DNA from: a virus
IMG/VR virus record: IMGVR_UViG_2721755987_000001
Location: 1-45,869 of that record
DNA length: 45,869 nucleotides
Strand: one strand, 5' to 3'
In this document: positions 8,631 through 16,075 of the stretch, piece by piece
Layout of the letters: every line of letters begins with the position of its first letter
Numbering within the stretch: the first letter of the stretch is position 1
The notes under the pieces: generated by a model
What the model was told of the DNA's origin: nothing
What the model saw: only the letters and a program-made list of their open reading frames with translations
The model's database searches: none
Made by a program: the position numbers and the translations under genes

Positions 8631-8837
8631 ATGGGAACACGTGGGCCACAACCGACAGTCAACGCATTACGTCGTACCGGGTGGCGACCGCCATTAATCC
8701 AGGGCAAGTATCTAGAGTTGGTGATAGTAATCGCCTCTCGCCCTGAGTTCAAGGGTGCAACTACCCGACAAATAATAGAAGCTGCGCTTGATGCGTTTGC
8801 CACCAGTGAGGAGATGGATAGAGCGACTTTAGAGTGA
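8631..8837 (+). CDS. Hypothetical protein (68 aa)
   Basis: ATG preceded by GGGAGA. The N-terminus MGTRGPQP recalls P27-type small terminases, but the protein is far too short for that call. Confidence 0.4.
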   Translation: MGTRGPQPTVNALRRTGWRPPLIQGKYLELVIVIASRPEFKGATTRQIIEAALDAFATSEEMDRATLE

Positions 8838-8972
8838 GAGCGGAAGGGGATCTGCCTACGGAGAGGGCTGTTGCAGGATATTGGTCGGTATGGCGATCGC
8901 GTGATTGCAGGGCTTGAGGCTCAGCTTGGAGCTTACCGGGGGGCTGTAAGGGGTTTTGAATGGGCTATTGTT

Positions 8973-9722
8973 TTACGCGCTGGCGGCCAGCCGCATTTTT
9001 CCTAGCGGAATCAGCGGGATAGCCCAGGTCGGCACGCGCCCGGAGTCGATCAAGCCGATCAGCGTGCGGGCGATCGCCGGGTCGATTTCCTCCACCGCCG
9101 CCTGCTGATTGAGCATTCGCTCGAACGGGTTGAAGTGGGCAGGCTCCAGATCCTTCACGCCCTGAGCCGCTAGCGAGTAGCAGCCAAGCAAAGCGGTGGG
9201 GATGGCGGCGCGGTGTGCCCGCTCCAGCTCCAGCCGGGTGACAGCAGCGATCGCCTGCTCAATCAGCAGCAGCGGGCAACTAGCGAAGCGAGCTGCGCTG
9301 AAGCGCGGCTCATGAGGGAAGTGCAGTTGCAGAGTCCAGTAGACCTCTGCCCAGTCGGTGGGCTTGCTGGGTTCGGTGTCTGCCTGCTCCGGCTCTGATT
9401 CGTTCAGGTCTTTCCAGCGGCGGCGCTCTCCCAGGGCAAAATCGGCAATCTGAGCAATCTCAGCAATCGAGAAACTCCCCGATACCTTCTCCAGTGTCCA
9501 GTTTGGGTCATGCCGCGAGATGAGGATCAGCGTAGCAATCACAGGATTCAGGTGCATCGCTGCGATGATCGTCGCTTGATCGCCAGTAACCTCCAGCAGA
9601 TCTGCCTGCCCAGCTAGCAGCTCCTCAAAGGCGATCGCCTCCTGCACCGTTGGGCAGCCGTAGCGAGGCAGCGAAACAGCCCCCACCGTGAAAAACTCAG
9701 GCGCACAATCAAACGGCAGCAT
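8973..9722 (-). CDS. Hypothetical protein in the tail-assembly-chaperone position (249 aa)
   Basis: Second gene after the tail-tube gene. Its start overlaps the upstream ORF by 14 nt. Acidic central linker. Confidence 0.5.
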   Translation of the reverse strand: MLPFDCAPEFFTVGAVSLPRYGCPTVQEAIAFEELLAGQADLLEVTGDQATIIAAMHLNPVIATLILISRHDPNWTLEKVSGSFSIAEIAQIADFALGERRRWKDLNESEPEQADTEPSKPTDWAEVYWTLQLHFPHEPRFSAARFASCPLLLIEQAIAAVTRLELERAHRAAIPTALLGCYSLAAQGVKDLEPAHFNPFERMLNQQAAVEEIDPAIARTLIGLIDSGRVPTWAIPLIPLGKMRLAASA

Positions 9723-9927
9723 CGACCCGCCTCAACTCGACCTTGTAACTGAGGCTGCTGGGAGCGCCATCAACCTCGACCCAATAGCGATTATTCTGGG
9801 CATCCCAAAGCTCGTGCCTGCCCGCCACGAACCCAGCATCCAACACCAGCAGCCCGGCAACTATGAAATCGCCCGCCACTTTGCAGTGGCAGGCGAAGAC
9901 AGTGTGACCAGTGAGTGATGCAATCAT
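9709..9927 (-). CDS. Hypothetical small protein (72 aa) downstream of the tail-tube gene
   Basis: Starts 4 nt after the tail-tube gene's stop and is coupled to the next ORF. Confidence 0.45.
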   Translation of the reverse strand: MIASLTGHTVFACHCKVAGDFIVAGLLVLDAGFVAGRHELWDAQNNRYWVEVDGAPSSLSYKVELRRVDAAV

Positions 9928-9930
9928 CCC

Positions 9931-10860
9931 CTATTTCCGAGCGGGAGTGTCGATAGGCTCGCCGCGGCCGTTGAAGGAGGTGCTGAAGGTGATGTTGCCA
10001 TCGCTGGGGTTATCCTTGCTGATGCCAATCACCTGGCAAAGCCCCTCAAACTGTTCGCCGTAGGTGTAGCCAGCGGGTGCAGTGTCGCGCTTCACGACGT
10101 AGCCGAACACGCCTTTGACAGCATTGCGGGCGGCGTAGCGCAGGCGGTAGTAGCCAGGCTCACCCGGCAATACTACTGCATCATAGTTCATCGTCCAGTT
10201 GGCGCTGGTGGCCGAGCCGTTTGCGTAGCCCGCGCCGTCGCCGAAGATCGTCACGGTTTCTTCATCGGTGCTGATTTCTTCGTTGGCGCTGGTTCCTCCT
10301 TGCAGCAGCAGCAGCCCTCGGTGCAGCGCCTTCGAGTTATTGGCGATCGCCTCATCCAGGGGCAATACGCTCACTGTCGTCGCACCGGCTGCGGCATCGG
10401 CAGAGGTGTAGGCGACCTGAAAAGCACCAGAAAAAACGTGCCCAACAGAGCTATTGGCGATTGCCTGCTTAAGCGGCCTGACGGTAATCGAGGTTGCACT
10501 GGAAGCCGCCGCCGCCGCGACTTCGACATCAAATTCGTAGCCCGCGAACTTGATCTTGGCTCCAGCGGCGATCGCCGAAGTGAGCGCGGTCACGGTTAGG
10601 GTGGTTGCACCCTTTGCAGCCGCCGAGCTGAGCGTCACCGCTGTCACGCCAGCGGGCGGATAAAACAGCAGTGCCGACCCAGCAGGCAGCGGATTGGCGA
10701 GCGCGGTCACGGTCAAGGTTGCCGCTCCGGCAGAAGCCGCCGAGCCTAGAGTCACTAGAACATCGGGAGGTGGTGGAGTCGGCTCTTGATTTACGAGATC
10801 AGGGTGAAGTATGCCGAAAAGCACCTGGGTTCCCGATCCACTAAGGACTTGTCTAGGCAT
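9931..10860 (-). CDS. Putative major tail (tube) protein with four N-terminal tandem repeats (309 aa)
   Basis: The C-terminal half (GGTSANEEISTDEETVTIFGD...GEQFEGLCQVIGISKDNPSDGNITFSTSFNGRGEP) follows the gpV/TP901-type tail-tube pattern. The N-terminus has four copies of a GATTLTVTAL..IAAG..I.F type unit. Confidence 0.65.
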   Translation of the reverse strand: MPRQVLSGSGTQVLFGILHPDLVNQEPTPPPPDVLVTLGSAASAGAATLTVTALANPLPAGSALLFYPPAGVTAVTLSSAAAKGATTLTVTALTSAIAAGAKIKFAGYEFDVEVAAAAASSATSITVRPLKQAIANSSVGHVFSGAFQVAYTSADAAAGATTVSVLPLDEAIANNSKALHRGLLLLQGGTSANEEISTDEETVTIFGDGAGYANGSATSANWTMNYDAVVLPGEPGYYRLRYAARNAVKGVFGYVVKRDTAPAGYTYGEQFEGLCQVIGISKDNPSDGNITFSTSFNGRGEPIDTPARK

Positions 10861-10899
10861 AAGCTCTCTCAGAATTCTGAAGAGAGTGTTCCTACTGAA

Positions 10900-11034
10900 T
10901 CAGATAGGGCAGGAATTGCAGCACTCCGAGTACCGCTGACAGTCGCAGGGCGGATTCTTGGCGCGCCCGACAGCAATCGGGGTGAGAGCGATCGCCACAG
11001 CAAACAGTAGTGCCAAAGGTAAACGGCTAAGCAT
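10900..11034 (-). CDS. Small secreted cysteine-rich peptide (44 aa; below track cutoff)
   Basis: Own translation: MLSRLPLALLFAVAIALTPIAVGRAKNPPCDCQRYSECCNSCPI. Signal-peptide-like N-terminus and five Cys in the last 16 residues. The ATG lies 14 nt after the recombinase stop. Confidence 0.4.
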   Translation of the reverse strand: MLSRLPLALLFAVAIALTPIAVGRAKNPPCDCQRYSECCNSCPI

Positions 11035-11048
11035 AGTGGGGGGGATTG

Positions 11049-11879
11049 CTAAAGGTCGAGATAGCGGCTACTGCTGTCCTCTGGGTTACTTTCCAGATAA
11101 ACATTCGTAACAGCGATTGAAGAGTGCCCCAAACTGTCTCGGACTAGGTGCAGCGGAGCGCCGCCCGCCAGTGAGTGCTGCGCGTGAGCGTGTCGGAGCC
11201 AGTGGGCCGAAATTTTGGGGTCTAGCCCAGCGGCGATTACGGCGGCTTTGATCAGCCGGTGAACGTCATAGCGATTCAGGGGGCGATCGCCCTGCCAGAA
11301 AACTGGAGCAGTGCCAGGGCGATCGCCCCTCAGCTCTTGCAACTCTACCCAAACTCCGGCGGGCACAAGCACCACCCGTTCCTTGCCCCCCTTGCCCAGA
11401 ATTCGCACCTGCACCGCGCCGCTGTCGCGCTCGTGAAAATCTGCCCAGATCAGCCCGCACGCCTCACTCACCCGCACTCCCGTGGCGTACATGAAGTGGA
11501 TGAGGGGGTGCGCTGTCACCAGCTTACGCACCTGATCCTTGCGTAGGATTCGCCCGGCCAGGCTGTTTTTCATGCGCTTCGCTCGCAGCGCAGCGGCCAC
11601 GTTGAAGCGAACATATTGCAGCTTGGCTGCAAAACTAAACAGTGATTTCAGCGCGTTAATTTTGTTGCGCTTGGTCGCGTCTGCCAGTTGCCGTTCTGCC
11701 AAGGCAGTGCTGTAGGCTTGCAAGTCCTCCAGCCGCACCTCAGCCAGCGGCTTGCTCACGAACTGGCGAAACTCCGCGACGGTGCGGCGATAGTTTGCCT
11801 GAGTCCCAGCGGGCCGATCATGGAGCCACAGATCAATCAGGCGATCATCAGTGTCCACCCGCGATAATTCGCCGCTCAT
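11049..11879 (-). CDS. Second tyrosine recombinase, XerC/XerD-like (276 aa)
   Basis: SAM-like N-terminal domain, box I ATGVRVSEACGL, HWLRHAHAQH (H-x-x-R) and LGHSSIAVTNVYLE (catalytic Tyr). Confidence 0.85.
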   Translation of the reverse strand: MSGELSRVDTDDRLIDLWLHDRPAGTQANYRRTVAEFRQFVSKPLAEVRLEDLQAYSTALAERQLADATKRNKINALKSLFSFAAKLQYVRFNVAAALRAKRMKNSLAGRILRKDQVRKLVTAHPLIHFMYATGVRVSEACGLIWADFHERDSGAVQVRILGKGGKERVVLVPAGVWVELQELRGDRPGTAPVFWQGDRPLNRYDVHRLIKAAVIAAGLDPKISAHWLRHAHAQHSLAGGAPLHLVRDSLGHSSIAVTNVYLESNPEDSSSRYLDL

Positions 11880-11992
11880 CCTTCATCTCTCAGCCCTTAC
11901 CCTTTTCTGGGTTCCCCACACAAAACTGCACTTTTGTGCAGCGCAGTATGGCAAGGGCAAAAAACTAGGATCAGGGGAGGAGGGATTTCAAG

Positions 11993-12382
11993 ATGCAGTG
12001 TTTAGAGGAATTTGCGGTGGAGGATGGACTTGATTGGGATTTGGAGCTAAGGCTTGACCCAGATAGGCAGATGATTTTGGCTATCAAGTCCAAGTTGTCT
12101 GCTTTCGTCTCCGAGTGTGTGGGCTGTTTTCCATGCCCCTCGATCGCACTGCTTTGGATAGCCGCCTTTAGGGAGCTGGCGGCTGAGATGGAAAACCGCC
12201 CTGCTCCACCGATCAAACTAAATCAGGCAGATCGTCATTCAGTTGGGATTATCAAAATCCAGGTTAGGGACTTTGTGAAAAAACACGTCGGGACTGGCTG
12301 CCTAGAAATCTCGCTATGCTGGGCGATCGCCCTCAGCGAACTGGCGGATCAGATTCAGATGAGCCATGCGTGCGATCATTAA
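11993..12382 (+). CDS. Hypothetical protein (129 aa)
   Basis: ATG preceded by GGGGAGGAGGG. Divergent from the recombinase gene. Confidence 0.5.
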   Translation: MQCLEEFAVEDGLDWDLELRLDPDRQMILAIKSKLSAFVSECVGCFPCPSIALLWIAAFRELAAEMENRPAPPIKLNQADRHSVGIIKIQVRDFVKKHVGTGCLEISLCWAIALSELADQIQMSHACDH

Positions 12383-12479
12383 AGCTTTGATGAACCTCAT
12401 CAAAGATCCGTACTTCTCCGAACACCGAACCTGTCAACCTTCGCCAGCATGGGATCAGGAGAGCTGACTGGTCGAAAAT

Positions 12480-13235
12480 GTGGGCATAGAGAAGGTTTGG
12501 GGGGAATATCGCGCAAAGGCGGTAAGGGTCGCCAATGCGCGTGAGTTTGAGGAATATCGAAAAAAGCAAACCATCGCTTTGCGAAACCGGTTGGCAATTC
12601 TGAATGACGGGCTGGCCTGCAAAGAGGCGCATCGCCAGGCGAACTGCTGCGACGTGCCGTATGAGGACTTGGTGCAATACGGGCGGATTGGACTGCTGAA
12701 GGCAATCGAGCGCTATGACCCGGCTGAGGGTAGCGCCTTCAGCTCGTTTGCAGTGCCCTACATCCGGGGCGAAATCCAGCACTTCCTGCGCGATCATGCC
12801 TGGGATCTGGGCAAGGTGCCGCGTCGGGCAATCGAAACGGCCAGCCATGTGAAACGGCTGAAGCGCAGGGCGATCGCCGCTGGCAGACTGGATGTGGATG
12901 AGCAGCAGGTGGCTCGCTCGGTCGGCATTTCCGGGGCGAAGTGGCAGCAAGTTGCTGAGGTCACAGCTCGCAAGCCGGTGATCGACCTGGATGAGGTCGT
13001 GCATGTGGCAGCGGAGCATGACGAGGCGAAGGCGCTGCATGGTGAGGTGCGAGCGGCTGTGGCCAAGCTGCCCAATCCCTATCGCGCCGCCATTGTCGAG
13101 CACTATTTCAAAGGGCTGAGCGAAGAGGCGATCGCCGAACAGAGCCACGTTGAGGTCGCCCAGGTGCAGCGCTGGCTGGCTGAAGGTTTGCGGCGGCTGC
13201 AAGCGGGGCATCTTGGGATTGGGAGGCTGGGATAA
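12480..13235 (+). CDS. Sigma-70 family RNA polymerase sigma factor (group 3 / SigF-like)
   Basis: Region 2: DLVQYGRIGLLKAIERYDPAEGSAFSSFAVPYIRGEIQHFLRD. Region 4 HTH: LPNPYRAAIVEHYFKGLSEEAIAEQSHVEVAQVQRWLAEGLRRL. The GTG start is uncertain. Confidence 0.85.
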   Translation: MGIEKVWGEYRAKAVRVANAREFEEYRKKQTIALRNRLAILNDGLACKEAHRQANCCDVPYEDLVQYGRIGLLKAIERYDPAEGSAFSSFAVPYIRGEIQHFLRDHAWDLGKVPRRAIETASHVKRLKRRAIAAGRLDVDEQQVARSVGISGAKWQQVAEVTARKPVIDLDEVVHVAAEHDEAKALHGEVRAAVAKLPNPYRAAIVEHYFKGLSEEAIAEQSHVEVAQVQRWLAEGLRRLQAGHLGIGRLG

Positions 13236-14003
13236 ATGCTTGCTGTTGAGGTGATTGGTGGATTTGATTATTCGGTGCTGGATGGGGCGATCGCCGAACG
13301 GGTGCAGGGTCGCCTTAACCGGATGCGCCAGCTCTATCGGCAGAGCGTCCACGCGGCGGTGGAAATCGGCCTGGAGTTGCTGGCACTCAAAAAAGATCTG
13401 GTAGAAGAAAAGCTTTATCGGCGGTGGATTGAGACGGAATTCCCCTGGGGAAAATCCAGCGCCAATCAGTTTGAGAAGGTGGCCGAGCGGTTTGCCCATG
13501 TCCAAAATTTGGACAGGTTTGAGGTGAGTGCGCTGTACGTCCTGGCGGCTCCTTCGACCTCGCCAGAGATCAGGCAAAAGGCGATCGCCCTGGCTGAAGC
13601 TGGCGAGCGCATCACTCACGCCCGCGCCAAGGCGCTGAAAAGCGGCAGCGACTTGCTGCTGCTGAAGCCAGAGCGAGAGGTGCTGGTGCAGAATGGCCCC
13701 TACCAAGGGCAGCCGGTGGTGGTGAAATCGGTTGGCAAATCTGAGGGGCTGGTGAGTGTCGTCACTTCCACCGGAGAGGCCACGCTGCTGCTGAGCGAAC
13801 TAATGCCAGAGGAGGCAGAGAGCAAGCCAGCCAAGGCAAGAAAACACAAACCCAATCATCTAGAGGCGATCGCCACAGAGTTGGAAATCGAGCGCGATCG
13901 CGGGCTGCTGCTGGAGGATGTTCTACGGCGAATCTGCGCGGCTGCCCGCGCGGGACTCCTAACCGATCAACTGCTGCGTGAGGCAGAAGAGCTGCTGGCA
14001 TAA
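13236..14003 (+). CDS. Hypothetical protein, DUF3102-like N-terminal region (255 aa)
   Basis: ATG directly after the sigma gene's stop. The segment WIETEFPWGKSSANQFEKVAERFAHVQNLDRFEVSALYVLA resembles the plasmid/phage DUF3102 pattern (from memory). Confidence 0.55.
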   Translation: MLAVEVIGGFDYSVLDGAIAERVQGRLNRMRQLYRQSVHAAVEIGLELLALKKDLVEEKLYRRWIETEFPWGKSSANQFEKVAERFAHVQNLDRFEVSALYVLAAPSTSPEIRQKAIALAEAGERITHARAKALKSGSDLLLLKPEREVLVQNGPYQGQPVVVKSVGKSEGLVSVVTSTGEATLLLSELMPEEAESKPAKARKHKPNHLEAIATELEIERDRGLLLEDVLRRICAAARAGLLTDQLLREAEELLA

Positions 14004-14050
14004 GGGCTACTGGCATAGGGAACGTTCAGGACGTAGCGCAACACTCTGCA

Positions 14051-14413
14051 ATGAACGCCCAAACTCAGCAGTTAGCTCAAATCTCAGAAGTATCGCCGGA
14101 ACTTCCCAGCGTGCCAAACTACACCGAATGGGGACTGGTCGGAGCGGTGGCCTACCTCCTGATCAAAGAAGGTTTCGGCTGGTTTCGCGAAAAGGAAGCC
14201 AGCGAGGATAAGCTGGTCGCTTCCCTGATTGATAACCAGCAGCGCGTTCTAGAGCGACTGCTGGAGGTGCAGCAGAGTCAGCACAAGGATTTTATCGAAC
14301 TAAAGCAGGCGATCTTGGGGTTTAGCGACACGCTCCAGCGCTCCGTAGAATCGCAAAATCGGGCGATCGCTCAAATCCAGTCGCAGCTTAATTCGCTGCG
14401 TTCTCAAAAATAA
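14051..14413 (+). CDS. Hypothetical membrane-anchored coiled-coil protein (120 aa)
   Basis: One hydrophobic helix (WGLVGAVAYLLIKEGFGWF) followed by a Q/L/E-rich heptad-like region. Confidence 0.5.
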   Translation: MNAQTQQLAQISEVSPELPSVPNYTEWGLVGAVAYLLIKEGFGWFREKEASEDKLVASLIDNQQRVLERLLEVQQSQHKDFIELKQAILGFSDTLQRSVESQNRAIAQIQSQLNSLRSQK

Positions 14414-14471
14414 TGCCAAATTATTGTCACTAGCCTAGAATGATTGCGAATCAATCATTTCAGGCGTTTTT

Positions 14472-14747
14472 ATGAACAAAGGTGAATTAGTCGATCAAAT
14501 TTCTGAAGCCACCAACTTCACCAAGAAAGATGTGGATGCCGTCCTTAGCGCGGCGATCGCCAAAATCATGGATGCCGTCGCGGCTGGCGAGAGAGTCACT
14601 CTAGTCGGGTTTGGGGTGTTTGAGCCACGCAACCGTAAAGAGCGAGAGGGGCGCAATCCCAAAACAGGCGAAGCAATAAAAATCCCTGCGACCCGTGTGC
14701 CGACCTTCTCGGCAGGGAAGAGTTTCAAGGATATGGTTAGCGGTTAA
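14472..14747 (+). CDS. hup: DNA-binding protein HU
   Basis: MNKGELVDQI..., VTLVGFGVFEPRNRKEREGRNPKTGEAIKIPA and FSAGKSFKD form the canonical HU/IHF fold signature. Length is 91 aa. Confidence 0.92.
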   Translation: MNKGELVDQISEATNFTKKDVDAVLSAAIAKIMDAVAAGERVTLVGFGVFEPRNRKEREGRNPKTGEAIKIPATRVPTFSAGKSFKDMVSG

Positions 14748-14776
14748 CCTGGAACCTGCTGCCTTCTCTCAAAGGA

Positions 14777-14807
14777 AAGCCTGCCGTATTGCTACGGCAG
14801 GCTTTTT
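14777..14807 (+). terminator. Rho-independent terminator after hup
   Basis: AAGCCTGCCGTA-TTGC-TACGGCAGGCTT followed by a T run. Confidence 0.8.
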
Positions 14808-14827
14808 TGCTGTGGTGGGTGGTTCGA

Positions 14828-15166
14828 TCAGGCGGATTTGCGGCGGGTCGCTGGCTTGCGCTTGGTCGCCGCTGTCGCCGCCGGGGTGGATTTTGCTGCT
14901 GTCTTTGCTGCTGTGGGCTTTGCCGTAGATTTTGCAGCCGGTTTAGCTGCTGTCTTGGGTGCTGTCTTGACGGGTGGTTTGGCTGTCTCTGCTTTAGGTG
15001 CTGGCTGTTGGAGCCACCCATTCAGCCGCACCTGAATGCGGTTTTGCACATAGGCCGCCAGCTCGTCGCCAGATAGATAGCGCTCTAGCTCAAGGTCGAT
15101 CAGGTTGTCTAGCGCGGGGGCGATCGCCCCCTGAATCGCAGTGGCAAGATCGGCAGTTGCAGGCAT
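14828..15166 (-). CDS. Lys/Ala/Pro-rich histone-H1-like protein (112 aa)
   Basis: Structured N-terminal ~55 aa, then AKPPVKTAPKTAAKPAAKSTAKPTAAKTAAKSTPAATAATKRKPATRRKSA. Convergent with hup. Confidence 0.6.
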   Translation of the reverse strand: MPATADLATAIQGAIAPALDNLIDLELERYLSGDELAAYVQNRIQVRLNGWLQQPAPKAETAKPPVKTAPKTAAKPAAKSTAKPTAAKTAAKSTPAATAATKRKPATRRKSA

Positions 15167-15174
15167 AAGGATTC

Positions 15175-15486
15175 CTAGAATTCATCTGAAGCCAATTCTA
15201 CTCCAGCCCCTTCAGTCTGCTTTTCAGGCACATACTCGGCTTCCCAAAAGCACTCGTTGAATAGCCAGATCTGCAATTTGAGGCAGCCGGTGATGATCCA
15301 AATCTGTTTTAGCAGCCCGTCGCTGCCCATCAACTTTTCAGCAATAGACGGGTTCATGCAAATCACATGCAGCGTTCGCTCACAGTCGATCGCCGTGCTG
15401 CACATCATCAGCAGCGGCTCTGCGACCTTCAGGCGAATCTGCGCCTTCATATCCAAAATTCTTTGATCGCCTTCGGTTAGCTCCAC
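15175..15486 (-). CDS. Hypothetical protein (103 aa)
   Basis: ORF upstream of and co-directional with the H1-like gene. Lower-GC stretch. Confidence 0.45.
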   Translation of the reverse strand: MELTEGDQRILDMKAQIRLKVAEPLLMMCSTAIDCERTLHVICMNPSIAEKLMGSDGLLKQIWIITGCLKLQIWLFNECFWEAEYVPEKQTEGAGVELASDEF

Positions 15487-15601
15487 AACTGCCTCCTTTT
15501 CCTTGCCTTAGCCTTCCCTCTGTCGGTTTGTCGGGTTGCCGACATAGGCCCCAAAGCCTTGACAGACGGGAACTCTGCGATCGTCGGGTGGCGGTTGTCG
15601 G

Positions 15602-16075
15602 ATGGCGGATCGGGTTGACCCCAAACGGGCAGAAGCGAAACGAATTTATTTAGAGAAGGGCTGGACGCACGCGGCGATCGCCGAGCATTTTGGCGTGAGC
15701 ACTCGCACCGTCGAGCGGTGGGCCTCGGCTGATGGCTGGGGGGCGCTGAGACAATCCAAGGTGGTGCAGATGGGCAATCGCCCCAAGGCTGCCACGCCTC
15801 GCGAGCGACCCAGCCGCCGTGTCAGACGCAGTGCCGATCTGGATGAGCTGGAGGTGGTGGAGAGCGCGATCGCCGATCTCAGCGCTGCCCTGGCGAGTGC
15901 AGAGGATGTTCGCTCGATGGGCGGGCTGGCAGGCGGGCTGGTGAGGCTGCTGGAGTATCGCCGCAAAATTTGCCCACCCAGCGCTCACGAACTGGCTGAG
16001 CAGGTGCTTGCCTTGGGCATCAGCCCTAGCGAATTCGCGAAGGAGCTGCGGGAGAAGTGGCAGCTCAGAGCCTAA
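15602..16075 (+). CDS. terS: Terminase small subunit
   Basis: N-terminal HTH (WTHAAIAEHFGVSTRTVERWASADGW). Lies immediately upstream of and overlapping the large terminase gene. Confidence 0.7.
   Translation: MADRVDPKRAEAKRIYLEKGWTHAAIAEHFGVSTRTVERWASADGWGALRQSKVVQMGNRPKAATPRERPSRRVRRSADLDELEVVESAIADLSAALASAEDVRSMGGLAGGLVRLLEYRRKICPPSAHELAEQVLALGISPSEFAKELREKWQLRA

Noticed and set aside
8631-8837. N-terminal MGTRGPQP, reminiscent of P27-family small terminases.
   Set aside because: The ORF is only 68 aa, and a convincing terS/terL pair exists at 15602-17595. It is at best a remnant.
8853-8861. 9-bp match TGCCTACGG, inverted relative to CCGTAGGCA at 27879..27887, lying at the two proposed inversion end points.
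   Set aside because: It is only 9 bp with no flanking similarity. A match of this length between two ~100-bp gaps is plausible by chance (about 5 percent). It is not accepted as a recombinase target.
12333-13706. 457-aa minus-strand ORF, the second-longest minus-strand ORF in the track.
   Set aside because: It is antisense to the + strand sigma factor and DUF3102-like genes, which have unmistakable protein motifs. Its own translation is low-complexity (Q/L/H/P-rich), an artefact of GC-rich antisense sequence.
14838-15076. Repetitive GC-rich DNA giving ORFs in several frames on both strands, possibly a repeat array.
   Set aside because: It is best explained as the coding sequence of the Lys/Ala/Pro-rich tail of the minus-strand 112-aa protein. 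No non-coding repeat unit was found.
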